From positions 1,248,001 through 1,312,000 of the forward strand of contig CAXXLQ010000004.1 of assembly GCA_963668695.2 (NCBI GenBank): DNA of 64,000 nt. Reading direction: 5' to 3'. The DNA is from Vicinamibacteria bacterium (GTDB lineage Bacteria > Acidobacteriota > Vicinamibacteria > Marinacidobacterales > Marinacidobacteraceae). Under the pieces are notes generated by a model that had not been told where the DNA came from, did no database searches, and was given only the letters and a program-made list of their open reading frames with translations. A program made the position numbers and the translations under genes. Positions 27,149-39,185 of this stretch are shown one piece after another. The first letter of the stretch is position 1, and each line of letters opens with the position of its first letter.

Positions 27149-30100
27149 ATGTTGCTTCGACAACTGGTATTCGCACGTATCGCACTCGCCGGTCTGGCGA
27201 TTTCAGCTCTCCCCGCGACCGGCCTCGCTCAGGATTTGCGGATCGAGGCCTCCCACCTCCGGACGATGGAATGGCGGAATATCGGCCCGGCCCGCGGGGG
27301 GCGCTCCCTCTCCTGTACCGGCAGTCCGGGCCGACGCCACGAGTACTACTTCGGGGCCACCGGTGGTGGGCTCTGGAAGACCGTTGACTCCGGGACGACC
27401 TGGTTGCCGGTGACCGACGGTCAGATCTCGAGTTCCTCGATCGGGGCCGTCGCGGTGGCGGAGACCAATCCCGACGTTATCTTCATTGGCGGGGGAGAAA
27501 CACAGCTCCGGGGGAGCATCACCCAGGGCGACGGGGTGTACAAGAGTTCGGACGGGGGTGAGACCTGGCGCCACGTCGGCTTGCGCGACACCCAGGCGAT
27601 CGCCCGGATCCGGATCCATCCGGTCAATCCCGACATCGTCTACGTTGCCGCCCTTGGTCACCCCTATGGGGACAACGAAGAGCGCGGAGTGTTTCGCTCA
27701 CGCGATGGCGGAGCGACATGGGAGCGGGTGCTCTTTGTGAGCCCCCAAGCCGGAGCGGCCGACCTCATCATCGATCGGACGAACCCCGACGTGCTCTACG
27801 CCAGCATCTGGCAGGTCTACCGCAAGGCGTGGAAGATGTGGGGTGGCGGCCCCGATTCCGGGTTCTACCGCTCGGATGATGGCGGAGACACCTGGACCGA
27901 ACTCACCGCAAACCCCGGAATGCCGGAGGGTCCCATCGGCAAGATCGGAGTGACGGTTTCTCCGGCGAATCCGGACCGGGTCTGGGCGATCGTCGAGGCC
28001 CCCGAGGGCGGAGTGTTCCGGTCCGACGACCGCGGCGCCACCTGGCGCCTCACGAACAACGAGCGGAAGCTGCGCCAGCGGGCCTTCTACTACTCCCGGG
28101 TGTACGCGGATCCGGTGGACGCCGACACGGTGTACGCGCTCAACACCGGGTTCTACAAGTCAACAGACGGCGGGGAGACCTTCGACCACGTGATCCGTCC
28201 CCCCCACGGCGACCAGCACGATCTGTGGATCGATCCGAACAACCCTCTCCGCATGTGCAACTCGAACGACGGCGGGGGCAACGTCAGCGTCAACGGGGGC
28301 GAGACGTGGACGGATCAGGACTACTCGACGACCCAGCTCTACCACGTGAACGTGACGAACGACTTCCCCTACCACGTCTGCGGCGCGCAACAGGACAACT
28401 CCACGCTCTGCGTGCCCAGTGAGGGTTGGGACCATATGCAGGCGAGGGGTCCGGGAAGCCGCTGGTACTACGATGCGGGCGGCGGCGAAAGCGGATACAT
28501 CACCCAGCATCCTTCCAACCTGGATGTCTTTTACGCCGGCAGCCAGGGTGCGCTGCTGACCCGGTACAACCGGGCGAACGGCCAGATTCGTGACATTCAG
28601 GTCTACCCGCGGTTCTTTTCCGGGGAACCCGCGAGTGCGCTTCCCGATCGCTGGCAGTGGACCTTCCCGATCGTGTTCTCACCACTCGACGAAAACCGCC
28701 TCTATACGAGTTCGCAGTTCCTCTACCTGACCACCGACGACGGCCAATCCTGGGAAAAGATCAGCCCGGACCTGACCTACGCCGATCCGGAAACGCTCGG
28801 CGAGACCGGCGGTGTGATCACGATGGACATGAACGGTCCCGAGATCTACGCGACGATCTTTGTGGTGGCTCCTTCACAGCACGATATCGACACGATCTGG
28901 GTGGGTTCCGACGACGGACGCATCCACATCACCCGCGATCACGGAGCCAATTGGACGGACATCACTCCGGCGGAGCTTCCGAAGTTCAGCCGGGTGAGCA
29001 TCATCGAAGAGTCGGCCCACCGGCCGGGAACGATCTTCCTCGCGGCCAACCGCTATCAGGTGGACGACCGCGAGCCCTACGTCTTCCGCACCACGGACTA
29101 CGGCGCGACGTGGACGAAGATCGTCAGCGGGATCGCCCCTGGACACTTCGCGCGCGCCGTGCGCGAGGATCCGGTGCGGCAGGGATTGCTCTTCCTGGGG
29201 ACCGAACACGGGGTGTACGCCTCCTGGGACGATGGGGATCGCTGGATGTCCCTGCAGCAGAACCTTCCGGACACCCCCATCCGCGATCTCGTGGTCAAGG
29301 AGGGGGACGTGGTGCTCGGCACCCACGGACGGGGATTCTGGATCCTGGATGACATCCAGCCGCTCCGCCAGCTGACTGCCGCGTCGCTCAACGCGACGCT
29401 GGCGGTCTTCGACCCGGATCCGGCCGTGCGCGGAGTACAGAATGCGGTGCTTCAGTACCACCTCTCGGAGGAGGTGGATTCCGTGGTCGTCGAGATCTTC
29501 GACGGCGCCGGGAACCCCGTGGACCGGTTCGAAGGAACCGAGCCGGACTTCGAGGCCGAACCGGATTTCTCCTTCTTCCGGAGCCGTGGGTCTTCGTTGC
29601 CCACCACCGGAAAGGGTCTCAACCGTTTCAGTTGGAACGGCCGCTACTCCGGCGCGGTCGAGTTCGACGGGATGATTCTCTGGAGCGCGCGGGCCACCAG
29701 TGGTCCGAAGGCGCCTCCCGGTGAGTACCGGGTGAGCGTCACCGCGGCCGGAGTGACCGAGAGCACGGACCTCACGCTGATCGCCGATCCTCGGCTCGAG
29801 GGGGTGACCACCGCCGACCTCCAGGAGCAATTCGACCTGGCCAGCAGGATCCGGGATCGGACCTCCCACGCGAACGAAGCCGTGATCCAGATCCGGGATG
29901 TGCGCCTGCAACTTCAGGACCGACTCGAGGGATCCAGCGACCAGGGGGTGATGGCCGACGGCGGCCGCCTGATCGAGGAGATGACCGAGGTCGAGGAGGC
30001 CATCTACCAGACGAAGAACCGAAGCAACCAGGACCCCCTGAACTTCCCGATTCGGCTGAACAACCGCCTGGCCTCGCTCCGCCGCAGCGTGGAGAACGGC

Positions 30101-30277
30101 GACGCGAAACCCACCGACGGCGCCTACGCCGTGTTCGAGGAGTTGTCAGGCGAGCTGGATCAGCACCTGGGACGACTCGGCGGATTGCTCGGTGAGCGAC
30201 TCGGCGACCTGAACGGAAAGATCACCGCTTCCGGCGGAGACCCGGTGGACGCTGGCCGCTGGAAGACGCCGGAGTAA
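27149..30277 (+). CDS. Secreted VPS10/BNR-repeat beta-propeller (glycosyl hydrolase-like)
   Basis: WRNIGPARGGR, many SxDGGxTW Asp-box repeats, HGDQHDLWIDP and GTHGRGFWILDD motifs. Confidence 0.9.
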   Translation: MLLRQLVFARIALAGLAISALPATGLAQDLRIEASHLRTMEWRNIGPARGGRSLSCTGSPGRRHEYYFGATGGGLWKTVDSGTTWLPVTDGQISSSSIGAVAVAETNPDVIFIGGGETQLRGSITQGDGVYKSSDGGETWRHVGLRDTQAIARIRIHPVNPDIVYVAALGHPYGDNEERGVFRSRDGGATWERVLFVSPQAGAADLIIDRTNPDVLYASIWQVYRKAWKMWGGGPDSGFYRSDDGGDTWTELTANPGMPEGPIGKIGVTVSPANPDRVWAIVEAPEGGVFRSDDRGATWRLTNNERKLRQRAFYYSRVYADPVDADTVYALNTGFYKSTDGGETFDHVIRPPHGDQHDLWIDPNNPLRMCNSNDGGGNVSVNGGETWTDQDYSTTQLYHVNVTNDFPYHVCGAQQDNSTLCVPSEGWDHMQARGPGSRWYYDAGGGESGYITQHPSNLDVFYAGSQGALLTRYNRANGQIRDIQVYPRFFSGEPASALPDRWQWTFPIVFSPLDENRLYTSSQFLYLTTDDGQSWEKISPDLTYADPETLGETGGVITMDMNGPEIYATIFVVAPSQHDIDTIWVGSDDGRIHITRDHGANWTDITPAELPKFSRVSIIEESAHRPGTIFLAANRYQVDDREPYVFRTTDYGATWTKIVSGIAPGHFARAVREDPVRQGLLFLGTEHGVYASWDDGDRWMSLQQNLPDTPIRDLVVKEGDVVLGTHGRGFWILDDIQPLRQLTAASLNATLAVFDPDPAVRGVQNAVLQYHLSEEVDSVVVEIFDGAGNPVDRFEGTEPDFEAEPDFSFFRSRGSSLPTTGKGLNRFSWNGRYSGAVEFDGMILWSARATSGPKAPPGEYRVSVTAAGVTESTDLTLIADPRLEGVTTADLQEQFDLASRIRDRTSHANEAVIQIRDVRLQLQDRLEGSSDQGVMADGGRLIEEMTEVEEAIYQTKNRSNQDPLNFPIRLNNRLASLRRSVENGDAKPTDGAYAVFEELSGELDQHLGRLGGLLGERLGDLNGKITASGGDPVDAGRWKTPE

Positions 30278-30310
30278 CCCACCGAGCCCCGATGTGGTGG
30301 CCGGCGTCGC

Positions 30311-30901
30311 TCAGTCCGCGCCGGCCGCCTCCCGGGGGATTGGTGCCGCGGGCGCGGCCTCCCATGAACGGAGTTCTGAGCCACTCTGAAGTTCGATCTC
30401 GTTCGTCAGCATGAGGTCGCCGTCGAACACGAAGCGGCCGGCAAAAGGCTGGTTGCGCAGGAGTAGCGGAAGCCAGCTGACGTCGTCCTCCCACATGCGC
30501 TCGTAGGGGATGGATTCGACGTCCGCCCAGACCGGCGTGGCTTCCTCGGTTGGTTCCGGTTGCCCGAGGAATCCGTCGGCTCGGAAGACATAGACGTGGA
30601 TCGCATACCCGCTCACGAACTGGAATCGAAGTTCACCCGCGGGATGGATCCCGGTGGGCCGGACCCGCAGCTCTTCCTCGACTTCGCGGATGGCCGCAGC
30701 CCTCGGGGTCTCTCCCGGCTCCAACCGTCCCCCGGGTCCATTGATCTTTCCCCGGCCCAGCCCCCGATGTTTCTCGATCAGCAGGATCCGACCGTTTCGC
30801 ACCACGAAGAGAAGCGTGGCTCTTTCGTCGGGAATCCAGCCGTCCCAGGCGAAACCCTCCAGGAACGCCCGGGCAGCTTGGGAAATCGTGGTTTCGGCCA
30901 A
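30311..30901 (-). CDS. NUDIX hydrolase (8-oxo-dGTPase/MTH1-like); start uncertain
   Basis: Nudix box GGRLEPGETPRAAAIREVEEEL; IPYERMWEDD. Confidence 0.85.
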   Translation of the reverse strand: MAETTISQAARAFLEGFAWDGWIPDERATLLFVVRNGRILLIEKHRGLGRGKINGPGGRLEPGETPRAAAIREVEEELRVRPTGIHPAGELRFQFVSGYAIHVYVFRADGFLGQPEPTEEATPVWADVESIPYERMWEDDVSWLPLLLRNQPFAGRFVFDGDLMLTNEIELQSGSELRSWEAAPAAPIPREAAGAD

Positions 30902-30932
30902 GTCAGTTGTCCACCGGCGGCTACGAGCCGTC

Positions 30933-31922
30933 CTAACCGACCCCGGAGAGCCGGCCGAGGAGCGAACCCTCTCCTTTGCCACCGCGGCCGGTCTGCCGCG
31001 CGGCCTGATGGATCCGGCCGGCCAATCGGCTGAAGGGCAGGGACTGCAGCCAGACCCAACCCGGTCCCGTGAGACTGGCGAAGAAGAACCCTTCACCGCC
31101 GAAGATGGCCGACTTGATTCCCCCCACGGACTGGATGTCGTAGTTTACGGAGGGCGCGAGGGCGACGATGCACCCGGTGTCCACCCGCAGGTTTTCCCCG
31201 GCGGCCAATTCCTTCTTGACGATCGTGCCGCCGGCGTGCAGGAAGGCCAGGCCGTCGCCCTCGACCGACTGCATGATGAAACCCTCGCCTCCGAAGAGCG
31301 CCGTACCGATCTTCCGCTGGAAGGCGATGCCGATCGACACCCCTTTGGCGCCGCACAGGAAGGCATCCTTCTGGGCGATGAGCCGGCCGCCGAGTTCGTC
31401 GAGTTGCACCGGCAGGATCTTGCCTGGGTAGGGTGAGGCGAAGGCCACCTGCTGCTTCCCGGCGCCGCGGTTCACGAACTCGGTCATGAACAGGCTCTCG
31501 CCGGTCAGCAGCCGCTTTCCGGCACCGAGCAGCTTGTCCATGAAGCCGCTCTCTCCACCGGTGCCGAAGATGGTCTGCATCTCGATGCCGGAGCTCATGA
31601 ACATCATGGCGCCCGCTTCGGCGATCGCCCCTTCGCCGGGATCGAGCTCGACTTCCACGAACTGCATTTCCTCGCCGACGATCCGGTAGTCCACTTCGTG
31701 CATCCGGCGCGGCGCCCGAGGACGGGGCGGGGCTGAGCCGGCGCCAATGCCAATCCGCAGTTCCGGGACGCCGGAGACCGGCTTCCAGGAGGTCTCCCCG
31801 AGAGGACACACCAAAGTAGCCGTGGTCCAGCGGCCGGTCTGGAGAGCCTGCAGAACATCAGCGCTGGAGAACGGGCCAAGCGTCCCGCCTCCTTCGGCTA
31901 CGTACCATTGACTGGTTGACAT
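30933..31922 (-). CDS. TIGR00266/AIM24-family protein with N-terminal GYF_2-like domain
   Basis: WYV...GPFS; GEEMQFVEVELDPGE, AEAGAMM, FGGEGF and LQSLPFSRLA motifs. Confidence 0.88.
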   Translation of the reverse strand: MSTSQWYVAEGGGTLGPFSSADVLQALQTGRWTTATLVCPLGETSWKPVSGVPELRIGIGAGSAPPRPRAPRRMHEVDYRIVGEEMQFVEVELDPGEGAIAEAGAMMFMSSGIEMQTIFGTGGESGFMDKLLGAGKRLLTGESLFMTEFVNRGAGKQQVAFASPYPGKILPVQLDELGGRLIAQKDAFLCGAKGVSIGIAFQRKIGTALFGGEGFIMQSVEGDGLAFLHAGGTIVKKELAAGENLRVDTGCIVALAPSVNYDIQSVGGIKSAIFGGEGFFFASLTGPGWVWLQSLPFSRLAGRIHQAARQTGRGGKGEGSLLGRLSGVG

Positions 31923-32156
31923 GATTTCTCCTTTCGCGAACCCGGAGGTGCCGGTCGTTCCCTCAGACCCTTCCGCAGTGAAACCAGAGGAGGCCGCCGA
32001 GGGCGAGCAGCGCCACGACGATGGGCGCGAATGCCAATACGAAGTGCCAGCGCTTCGGGTTCGGTCCGCCCGTGTGCGCCGGCCCGTTCATCGGGCAACT
32101 CTAACTGTCCGGATGCCGGTATCTCCGGCATCCCCAACCCGGTGTTCTTGACCGAC

Positions 32157-33527
32157 ATGGTGGGTCGAAAAGGCCGGTCGCCGGTGTCCGAACCGCTGCG
32201 CCGGGATCTTTTCGTCATTTACCAGGCCGCGCTGCGAGCCGCCGATCCGGAACGGATCCTGGAACGGGATCTCCAGGGAGATTTGGCTTCCGGCTGGTCC
32301 TTCCGGGGAGAGCGTCTGCTGCCGCCGCCTCGCGTGGAGGGAGAACCGGTCTTCCTGTTTGGGGCCGGCAAGGCGGCGGCGGCTCTCGCCAGGGGGGTCC
32401 AGCGCCGGCTCGTCGGGGAGACCGTAGGGGGAAGAGTCATCGTCAAGCACGGCCACCGGATCGAGGTTCCGGGCGTGCTCGTCGAGGAGGCGGGGCATCC
32501 GGTTCCGGACACCAACTCGGTCGCGGCGACGGAGCGGTTGCTCGAGGATCTCGGAAGGATCGGCAAGGACAGCCGGGTCCTCGTGCTGCTGACCGGCGGA
32601 GCCTCCGCGCTTCTCGTCGTTCCGGCCGCCGGCATCACCCTTGAAGACAAATCGCGGGTGAGTTCCCTGTTGCTCGCCTGCGGTGCCGATATCCACGAAA
32701 TGAACACGGTCAGGAAGCACCTCTCGGCGGTCAAGGGCGGAGGATTGATGCCCCTGCTGCCACCCGGGCGAGCCGCGGCGCTCGTCATTTCGGATGTCAT
32801 CGGCGACCAGTTGACTTCCATCGGTTCGGGGCCGGCGACGGCCGATCCCACGACCTTCCGGGATGCCGTGGAGGTGCTCGCGAAGTTTGATTTGACGGGC
32901 CGCGTCCCAGGATCGGTCATCCACCGCCTTCGGGAGGGAGTTGCCGGAGCGATTCCCGAAACCCCGGACTCCCCCGACGACGCGGTTCCCCACCACATTG
33001 TCGCCAGCAACTTCCACTCCCTTCGTGCCGCCGTAGAGGAGGCGTCCCGCCTCGGCTACCTCGCGGAAATCTTCGGCCGCGATCTCTCCGGGGAAGTCCA
33101 CGCCACCGCTCACCGGTTCGCGCGCCGCCTGGCGGTCCTCGGCTCGGAACCCGTCCCGTGGGCGCTTCTCGCGGGAGGCGAGTTGACCCTGCGGGTAACG
33201 GGAGACGGCCGGGGGGGGCGGAGCCAGGAGTTCGCGCTGGTCGCCGCCGGAGATCTCGAAGGCGTTCCCGGAGTGGCGCTGCTCGCGGCGGGCACGGACG
33301 GCACCGACGGCCCCACGAATGCGGCCGGGGCTTTCGCTGACGGGAACTCCTGGAGCCGGGCTCGGGAGAGGGGGGTGGATCCGGTCGTCACGCTTCAAAC
33401 GAACGATTCCTGGTCACTGTTCCGGGAAACCGGCGACCTGTTGATCACGGGCCCGACCGGTACGAACGTCATGGACCTGATGGTGGGACTCAGTGCCGGA
33501 AGTACGGCTGATTCCCGGTTCCGCTGA
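32157..33527 (+). CDS. Glycerate kinase type 2 (TtuD/MOFRL family)
   Basis: GAGKAA, EAGHPVPD, GGASAL, RKHLSAVKGG, GTDGTDGPT and TGPTGTNVMD motifs. Confidence 0.9.
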   Translation: MVGRKGRSPVSEPLRRDLFVIYQAALRAADPERILERDLQGDLASGWSFRGERLLPPPRVEGEPVFLFGAGKAAAALARGVQRRLVGETVGGRVIVKHGHRIEVPGVLVEEAGHPVPDTNSVAATERLLEDLGRIGKDSRVLVLLTGGASALLVVPAAGITLEDKSRVSSLLLACGADIHEMNTVRKHLSAVKGGGLMPLLPPGRAAALVISDVIGDQLTSIGSGPATADPTTFRDAVEVLAKFDLTGRVPGSVIHRLREGVAGAIPETPDSPDDAVPHHIVASNFHSLRAAVEEASRLGYLAEIFGRDLSGEVHATAHRFARRLAVLGSEPVPWALLAGGELTLRVTGDGRGGRSQEFALVAAGDLEGVPGVALLAAGTDGTDGPTNAAGAFADGNSWSRARERGVDPVVTLQTNDSWSLFRETGDLLITGPTGTNVMDLMVGLSAGSTADSRFR

Positions 33528-33568
33528 GCGCCGCCGCTGTTTTGCCGATTCTGCCGGGGAATTGGGCT

Positions 33569-34273
33569 TCAGATGGACTTTTTCGCTGTCCGTTTTTTGC
33601 GGGTCGACCGGCCCGCCGGTCGGATAGCCGCCCGTTGCCAGTGGGGTGCCAGGGACGTCTTCAGCTCTCGGCGCATCAGGGCGATTCGCCGGGCGACGGA
33701 GGAGACGCTGAGCGGCACCTCCCGCAGCCGCGCGATCTGGGGGATGCTGTACCGGCTACGGAAATACAGCTCGAAGAGAAACCGGTTCAGGGCGCGTTGG
33801 CGATCGTCAACGGAAATCTGCCGGAGCATTCGTTCGACGCTTTCCGTGAACTCACGACTTTCCACCGCCGCTTCGGGATCGTCTCCGGCATACTCGAACG
33901 TGCTGTCCGCAAGGGCTGCTTCAAGCCGCCACAGCTCTTCGGGGGCGAAGGTTTCTTCCACCTTCCGGCGGAACGCGTCACGACGGAATTGGTCACGGAG
34001 GAGATTCTCCGCGATCCGGCGGATGTAGCCCGCAAAAGCCTCTTCGCGCTTCCCCTCGAACCGGCTGAGGACCCTGCGCCCGTCTGAGACGAGCCTTTCC
34101 ATTACGTCCTGGGAAAGGTCATCCAGGAGGGTGGTGTCCACTCGCCGGCGGCCCCCGAACTGCGATCGCAACGACGCCCGAATCAGGATTTGGCACCGGC
34201 GAAACAGAACCCCCCACAGGGGGTCATCCCGACGCGCTACCACCAGGCGGCGAAGCAGCTCCCAGGAATTCAT
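33569..34273 (-). CDS. Divergent ECF-type sigma-70 factor
   Basis: DDLSQDV...FAGYIRRIAENLLRD (region 2) and YSIPQIAR...SVSSVARR (region 4 HTH). Confidence 0.7.
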   Translation of the reverse strand: MNSWELLRRLVVARRDDPLWGVLFRRCQILIRASLRSQFGGRRRVDTTLLDDLSQDVMERLVSDGRRVLSRFEGKREEAFAGYIRRIAENLLRDQFRRDAFRRKVEETFAPEELWRLEAALADSTFEYAGDDPEAAVESREFTESVERMLRQISVDDRQRALNRFLFELYFRSRYSIPQIARLREVPLSVSSVARRIALMRRELKTSLAPHWQRAAIRPAGRSTRKKRTAKKSI

Positions 34274-34381
34274 CGACGGCGCGGACGAGACATTGTATTC
34301 CCTTCGGCTCCCTGCAAGAGACCCGTTTTCGGGATCCTACGGAGAACTTAGGCGTCGGGTCGGGTCTGGGAGGCGGCTTCT

Positions 34382-34768
34382 TCACGCGCCTTGGCTCCGA
34401 GGAGCAGAGCCAAGGAGTGCGACAGTCGTGATGGCGGCGAGGGCGCCGTCCGAAGCGGCGAACACCAGGAATACGGGAGGAGAACCTCGGAGCACGAAGT
34501 CCAGCACGAAGAGCAGCGCCCCACCTCCCTTGAGCAGGGGACCCATGATCCAGATGTACCAGCGATTCGCTTCCAGATTCTTCAGGATCGCGAAATACCC
34601 AAGACCGATCCCCAGGGCGAAGAGGCCGTTCAGATTTGCGTGGATCGGGAAAAGCGGCGGCTCGGTGCCGAACAGTCGCCGGACTTCTTCGAGAGCGAAG
34701 AGCAGCGCGCCGCCCAGCAGAACATCGTAGATGCCGCTGACCACAACTACGGCGAAAAGCAGCCTCAT
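34382..34768 (-). CDS. Hypothetical membrane protein (about 4 TM)
   Basis: Hydrophobic ORF starting MRLLFAVVVVSGIYD. Confidence 0.7.
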   Translation of the reverse strand: MRLLFAVVVVSGIYDVLLGGALLFALEEVRRLFGTEPPLFPIHANLNGLFALGIGLGYFAILKNLEANRWYIWIMGPLLKGGGALLFVLDFVLRGSPPVFLVFAASDGALAAITTVALLGSAPRSQGA

Positions 34769-34829
34769 TCGCCCAGAGTAACCGCCGATCCGCCCCTCAC
34801 GGGGCCACTCGGGCGTTGTCATTCTCGAA

Positions 34830-34858
34830 TTACAAGCCCTCGGGGCCCCGGCTATACT
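34830..34858 (+). promoter_or_regulatory. Putative promoter of hslVU
   Basis: TTACAA-17 nt-TATACT. Confidence 0.35.
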
Positions 34859-34926
34859 GCCCGACTACCCCGTGTGGAAAACCGCATGCGGTTACCCGCA
34901 ATCAGCGGGTTGCGCTCGGCTTCGCG

Positions 34927-35499
34927 ATGGTCCAGGCGCGCGGGGGTTCCGCATCAGTTCCCGTGCCGTCCCCTTTCCACTCCACGACCGTGCTGGCCGT
35001 CCGGCGCAGCGGACGGACGACCCTGGCCGCCGACGGGCAGGTCACTCTCGGGGACATCGTGGTCAAGCATGGAGCGCGCAAGCTGCGCCGTATGAGCGAA
35101 GGGTCGGTCCTGGCCGGTTTCGCTGGCGCCACCGCGGACGCTCAGGCGCTCTTCGCGAAGTTCGAGATGAAGCTGGAGGCGCATCGGGGCAATCTGGAGC
35201 GGGCCTCGGTGGAACTTGCTCAGGATTGGCGGACGGACCGGGTGCTCCGGCATTTGGATGCCCTGTTGCTCGTCGTCGACAAGGACCACATGTTCCTCCT
35301 TTCCGGCGACGGGGACCTCATGCAACCGGACGACGGCATCATGGCGATTGGGGCGGGTGCTCCCTTCGCTATGGCTGCGGCGCGGGCGCTGGCCTCGCGC
35401 ACCAGGCTCTCGGCGAGAGAAATCGCCGAGGAGGCGATGCGCGTCACCGACGGCATCTGCATCTACACGAACGGGCAAGTGATGTTCGAAGAGGTGTGA
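34927..35499 (+). CDS. hslV: ATP-dependent protease subunit HslV (with short propeptide)
   Basis: FHS|TTVLAVR, DGQVTLG, LAGFAGATADA, WRTDRVLR and ICIYTN motifs. Confidence 0.95.
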   Translation: MVQARGGSASVPVPSPFHSTTVLAVRRSGRTTLAADGQVTLGDIVVKHGARKLRRMSEGSVLAGFAGATADAQALFAKFEMKLEAHRGNLERASVELAQDWRTDRVLRHLDALLLVVDKDHMFLLSGDGDLMQPDDGIMAIGAGAPFAMAAARALASRTRLSAREIAEEAMRVTDGICIYTNGQVMFEEV

Positions 35500-35523
35500 C
35501 GTCTGGTCAACTATCTCCCTCCA

Positions 35524-36942
<1,419 letters not shown>

Positions 36943-37151
36943 CAGCCGGTGGTGGAACCCGCGTGAGCGCCGAGTCCGGCCAGTTCTCCCGGTGGGGGCG
37001 AGGCCCAGTTCTCCCGGGGTCCGGCTGACAAGGGTGTATTTCGACCGAAACGCAACGATGAGCGGCGCGCAGCGACGCGGTTCAGCCGGGATGCATCGCC
37101 GGGCGAACCCCCACCGGGAGAACTGGGCCGCGTGGGTTTCGCCGCAGGCTG
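36943..37151. mobile_element. Family-A MITE with perfect CTAG target duplication (left copy contains the hslU stop)
   Basis: CTAG(36939)-CAGCCGGTGG...GCAGGCTG-CTAG(37152). Confidence 0.8.
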
Positions 37152-37243
37152 CTAGACCACCCAGCCGACCGATTGCCGGCCCTCAACGGTTGATGCGCGA
37201 GAACGGGCGGCCCGCGCCCGGGATCGGGCACGGGATGTCCCCG

Positions 37244-39082
37244 ATGAGTTGGATCGGGCCTGTCGGGTTCGCGGGTTGGGGCCGCGCCTCGATTGGCGCG
37301 CTCGCCCTCCTTCTGGGGCTCGGTACGGCGGGATGCGGTCGCCGGGGACCTCCGCTCCCGCCGCTACGGGTGGAGCCGGAGACGCCTCGGCTCCTTCCCC
37401 TGCGGGAGGAGGGAGGACAGATCCTGATTCGTTGGTACGCGCCGCGTCTCAGCTCCGGTGGGGACGTGGAGGAGCTACGGCTGCGCAGAGCGATCGTGTC
37501 CTACCGCGTTGTACACATCCATCGTTTGGCCGCCGAGGAACGCGCCACCCAACGTGCGGGCGAGGAAGACACCGAGGAAGAAGGAAGCGGGGAGGTGCCT
37601 CCCGAGGACGAGGCGGTCCCCGAGCCGCCTGAGTCGGAAAGTACCGAGACACAAACGGGCGAGGAAGCTACGTCCGATTCCGAGGTCCCGGAGACCGTCG
37701 AGCTGGCCCCCGAGGGGGAGCCACCCGCTCCCGCCGCGGAAACTGCGCTGACCACCGAACCGGAGGGGGAGGCGGGCGAGACGTTGCCGGACGAGGCGTT
37801 GCCGGCTGCCGAAGGGCAGGAGGAGCCTGCCGCCGGTGAGCTGCCTGCCGAAGAATCGGACCCGGGACCGGGGCCGGGGGAGGCGCCGGAAGAGCCGGGG
37901 GCCACGGAACCCGAAGCGGGAGAGCCTGACAGCGAAGGCCTTGCCCAACCTCCGGAGCCGGAGGACCACCCGGAACCCGAAGAGGGAGAGCCTGACAGCG
38001 AGGACCCTGCCGAACCCCCGGAGCCGGAGGACGACCCGGAGCCCGCGGGGGTGCTTCTCGACTATGACGATCTCGAGTTCGAGGTTCTGTCCGAAGTGGA
38101 CTCGGAAGTCCTCGGGGAAGAGCGGGTCCTGGAACTTCCGGTCGATCCGGAATGGATTGGCCGGCGGTTGGAGATCAGCGTCCGGTACGAGGCCCGCGGT
38201 GGTTCCAGCGAGGAGAGCGAACCGCAATCCCTCGACGTGACCGGACCGCTTCCGCCGGTACGCGAGGTCAGCGTTGAAGTCGGTCCCCAGGCGCTGACTG
38301 TCCGCTGGTTGGATCCACGGGCCGGCTTGGAGTCGGCTTCGACCCTGACCGACCCGATTTTCGAGGTCTTCCGGCGACGGGATGGCCCGGCCGAACGCCT
38401 CGGAAGGTCTTTCGGGCCGACTCTCGCTGATTCCGACGAAGTGATCTGGGGGCAAGCGGTCTGCTACAGCGCGCGGCTCGTCATGGCGGGGGGTGATGAC
38501 GAACGGATGCTCCCCGATCCCGGTCCGGATTCGGTGTCGGGCGATCTCGAGGCGAACGTCGGCACGGAGGCGCCCGGTTTCCAGGACCCCGAAGTCGAAG
38601 GCGTTGCCCCGACCGACCCGTCTCAGGAATCCGCGAGCCCGAACGAGGATCCGGTGTCTTCGGCCCCGGACGCGCTGGAGGCGGCAGGGGCGCCCTGGAG
38701 CCCGATCCCGATCCGGGTCTCCGGGACCGGATCATCGGCGCTCAGCGTCGGGCCCCTGTCAACCGAAGCCTGCGTCACTCCGGTCGATGTCTTTCCACCG
38801 CTGCCTCCGTCGGATCTGCGCCTGTTCTGGCGAGCCGAGCAAACCGAGCTCAGTTGGAGCGAGTCGGTCTCGCAGGACGTTGTCGGATACCACGTCTACC
38901 GCTCCGGCCCGGACGGCTCCGGTTTCGAGCGTTTGACGGAATCGCCCATCGACCAGACCACGTTCGGTGACGGAGCCCGGGATCCGCGGGGGGCCTTTCG
39001 CTACGCCGTGACGGCCATCGACGGCGCCGATCCGCCCAACGAGAGCCTGCCGTCCGAGAGCCGCAGAGCCAATCCGAGATAG
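37244..39082 (+). CDS. Lipoprotein with Glu/Pro-rich insertions and C-terminal FnIII-like domain
   Basis: Lipobox TAG-C-GRRGPPLPP; DVFPPLPP..L.W..GYHVYR..YAVTAID..NES. Start uncertain (37193-37244). Confidence 0.75.
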   Translation: MSWIGPVGFAGWGRASIGALALLLGLGTAGCGRRGPPLPPLRVEPETPRLLPLREEGGQILIRWYAPRLSSGGDVEELRLRRAIVSYRVVHIHRLAAEERATQRAGEEDTEEEGSGEVPPEDEAVPEPPESESTETQTGEEATSDSEVPETVELAPEGEPPAPAAETALTTEPEGEAGETLPDEALPAAEGQEEPAAGELPAEESDPGPGPGEAPEEPGATEPEAGEPDSEGLAQPPEPEDHPEPEEGEPDSEDPAEPPEPEDDPEPAGVLLDYDDLEFEVLSEVDSEVLGEERVLELPVDPEWIGRRLEISVRYEARGGSSEESEPQSLDVTGPLPPVREVSVEVGPQALTVRWLDPRAGLESASTLTDPIFEVFRRRDGPAERLGRSFGPTLADSDEVIWGQAVCYSARLVMAGGDDERMLPDPGPDSVSGDLEANVGTEAPGFQDPEVEGVAPTDPSQESASPNEDPVSSAPDALEAAGAPWSPIPIRVSGTGSSALSVGPLSTEACVTPVDVFPPLPPSDLRLFWRAEQTELSWSESVSQDVVGYHVYRSGPDGSGFERLTESPIDQTTFGDGARDPRGAFRYAVTAIDGADPPNESLPSESRRANPR

Positions 39083-39185
39083 AGGATCGACGGGGGTTCT
39101 GATCGGTCCGGCAGACGGTAGAATCGCATCGGGCGTAGGGTTCAGATTCCGGGCCGGATTCCGGGCCGGTGGGTGCCGGGCGCGA

